Translations under genes and position numbers: made by a program
Origin: Podospora anserina
Taxonomy: Eukaryota
Direction of reading: 5' to 3'
Assembly: GCA_017654855.1 (NCBI GenBank)
Contig: CM030336.1
Coordinates: forward strand, 3,348,001-3,412,000
Length of the DNA stretch: 64,000 nt
The notes under the pieces: generated by a model
The model's input: only the letters and a program-made list of their open reading frames with translations
Databases searched by the model: none
What the model was told of the DNA's origin: nothing
Shown: positions 63,701 through 64,000 of the stretch, one piece after another
Numbering within the stretch: the stretch's first letter is position 1
How the letters are laid out: the number at the start of each line of letters is the position of its first letter

Positions 63701-64000
63701 GCCGGAGGTTTCTCCGAGGATTGCAACACGTCGTTCATGACCGAGATGTCGTTCCTAAACTCTGGATCTTCTCTAAGTAGCTCTAGTCCCATCTGCGGCC
63801 ACTGAGCACCCTGTCCGGAGAAAACCATCACAACCTTGGGTGGCTGGGCGTCTGCTTTACGGGCTGGTACTGGCTCTTCAGGTCCATCCTTTCCAGCAAT
63901 GACAAAGCTGCGATGACTCAAATGCTCCCGATGTAAGGCTAGAGTGTAGCTGAGATGTTTGAGGTTGTCTTGGTGCTGGTGGTTGTAGTTGGTGATGTTG
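57749..64000 (-). CDS. Highly reducing iterative type I PKS (AT-DH-CMeT-ER-KR-ACP visible; KS is beyond the window end)
   Basis: VFSGQGAQW and GHSSG (AT), HALLG/WLADH...FP (DH), LEIGAGTGG (MT), HSGCGGVG (ER), GGLGGLG/YAAA (KR), GVDSL (ACP); several introns. Confidence 0.95.

Noticed and set aside
1-64000. Starship/Spok meiotic-drive block
   Set aside because: No tyrosine-recombinase captain or Spok-like ORF is recognisable in this window.

Overview
Fungal (Sordariales) genomic DNA, most likely from the Podospora anserina species complex. That assignment is inferred from het-e-type WD40 repeats, crapaud-like LTRs and a strong RIP signature. 1-13.3 kb is an AT-rich, RIP-mutated nest: two Gypsy/chromovirus LTR retrotransposons nested inside a Fot1/pogo transposon, related solo or partial LTRs, and a RIP-killed NACHT-WD (NWD) NLR pseudogene whose central WD repeats are mutation-free. 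14.6-24.2 kb holds a broken SRPK-like kinase, a head-to-head fructosamine-kinase/deaminase pair and an intact hydrolase-NACHT-WD NLR. 26.3-29.6 kb holds Fot1/pogo elements, one complete with TIRs and a solo-LTR insertion. 31-44 kb is an immunity-flavoured island: two HET-domain genes flank a highly diverged actin paralog, a low-complexity protein and an F-box-like gene, followed by two tRNAs and a secreted-protein gene with a single in-frame TAG. 44.8-64 kb holds a PAP2 phosphatase, a DAACS transporter, tRNA-Lys and a secondary-metabolite cluster (FAD monooxygenase, P450, highly reducing PKS running off the window). Best leads: the putative pseudo-actin inside the HET block, a spliced antisense Cys6 zinc-cluster-like gene carried by the Gypsy element, the RIP-free WD repeat reservoir, and a stop codon that A-to-I editing might repair. 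All calls are by eye; no searches were run.
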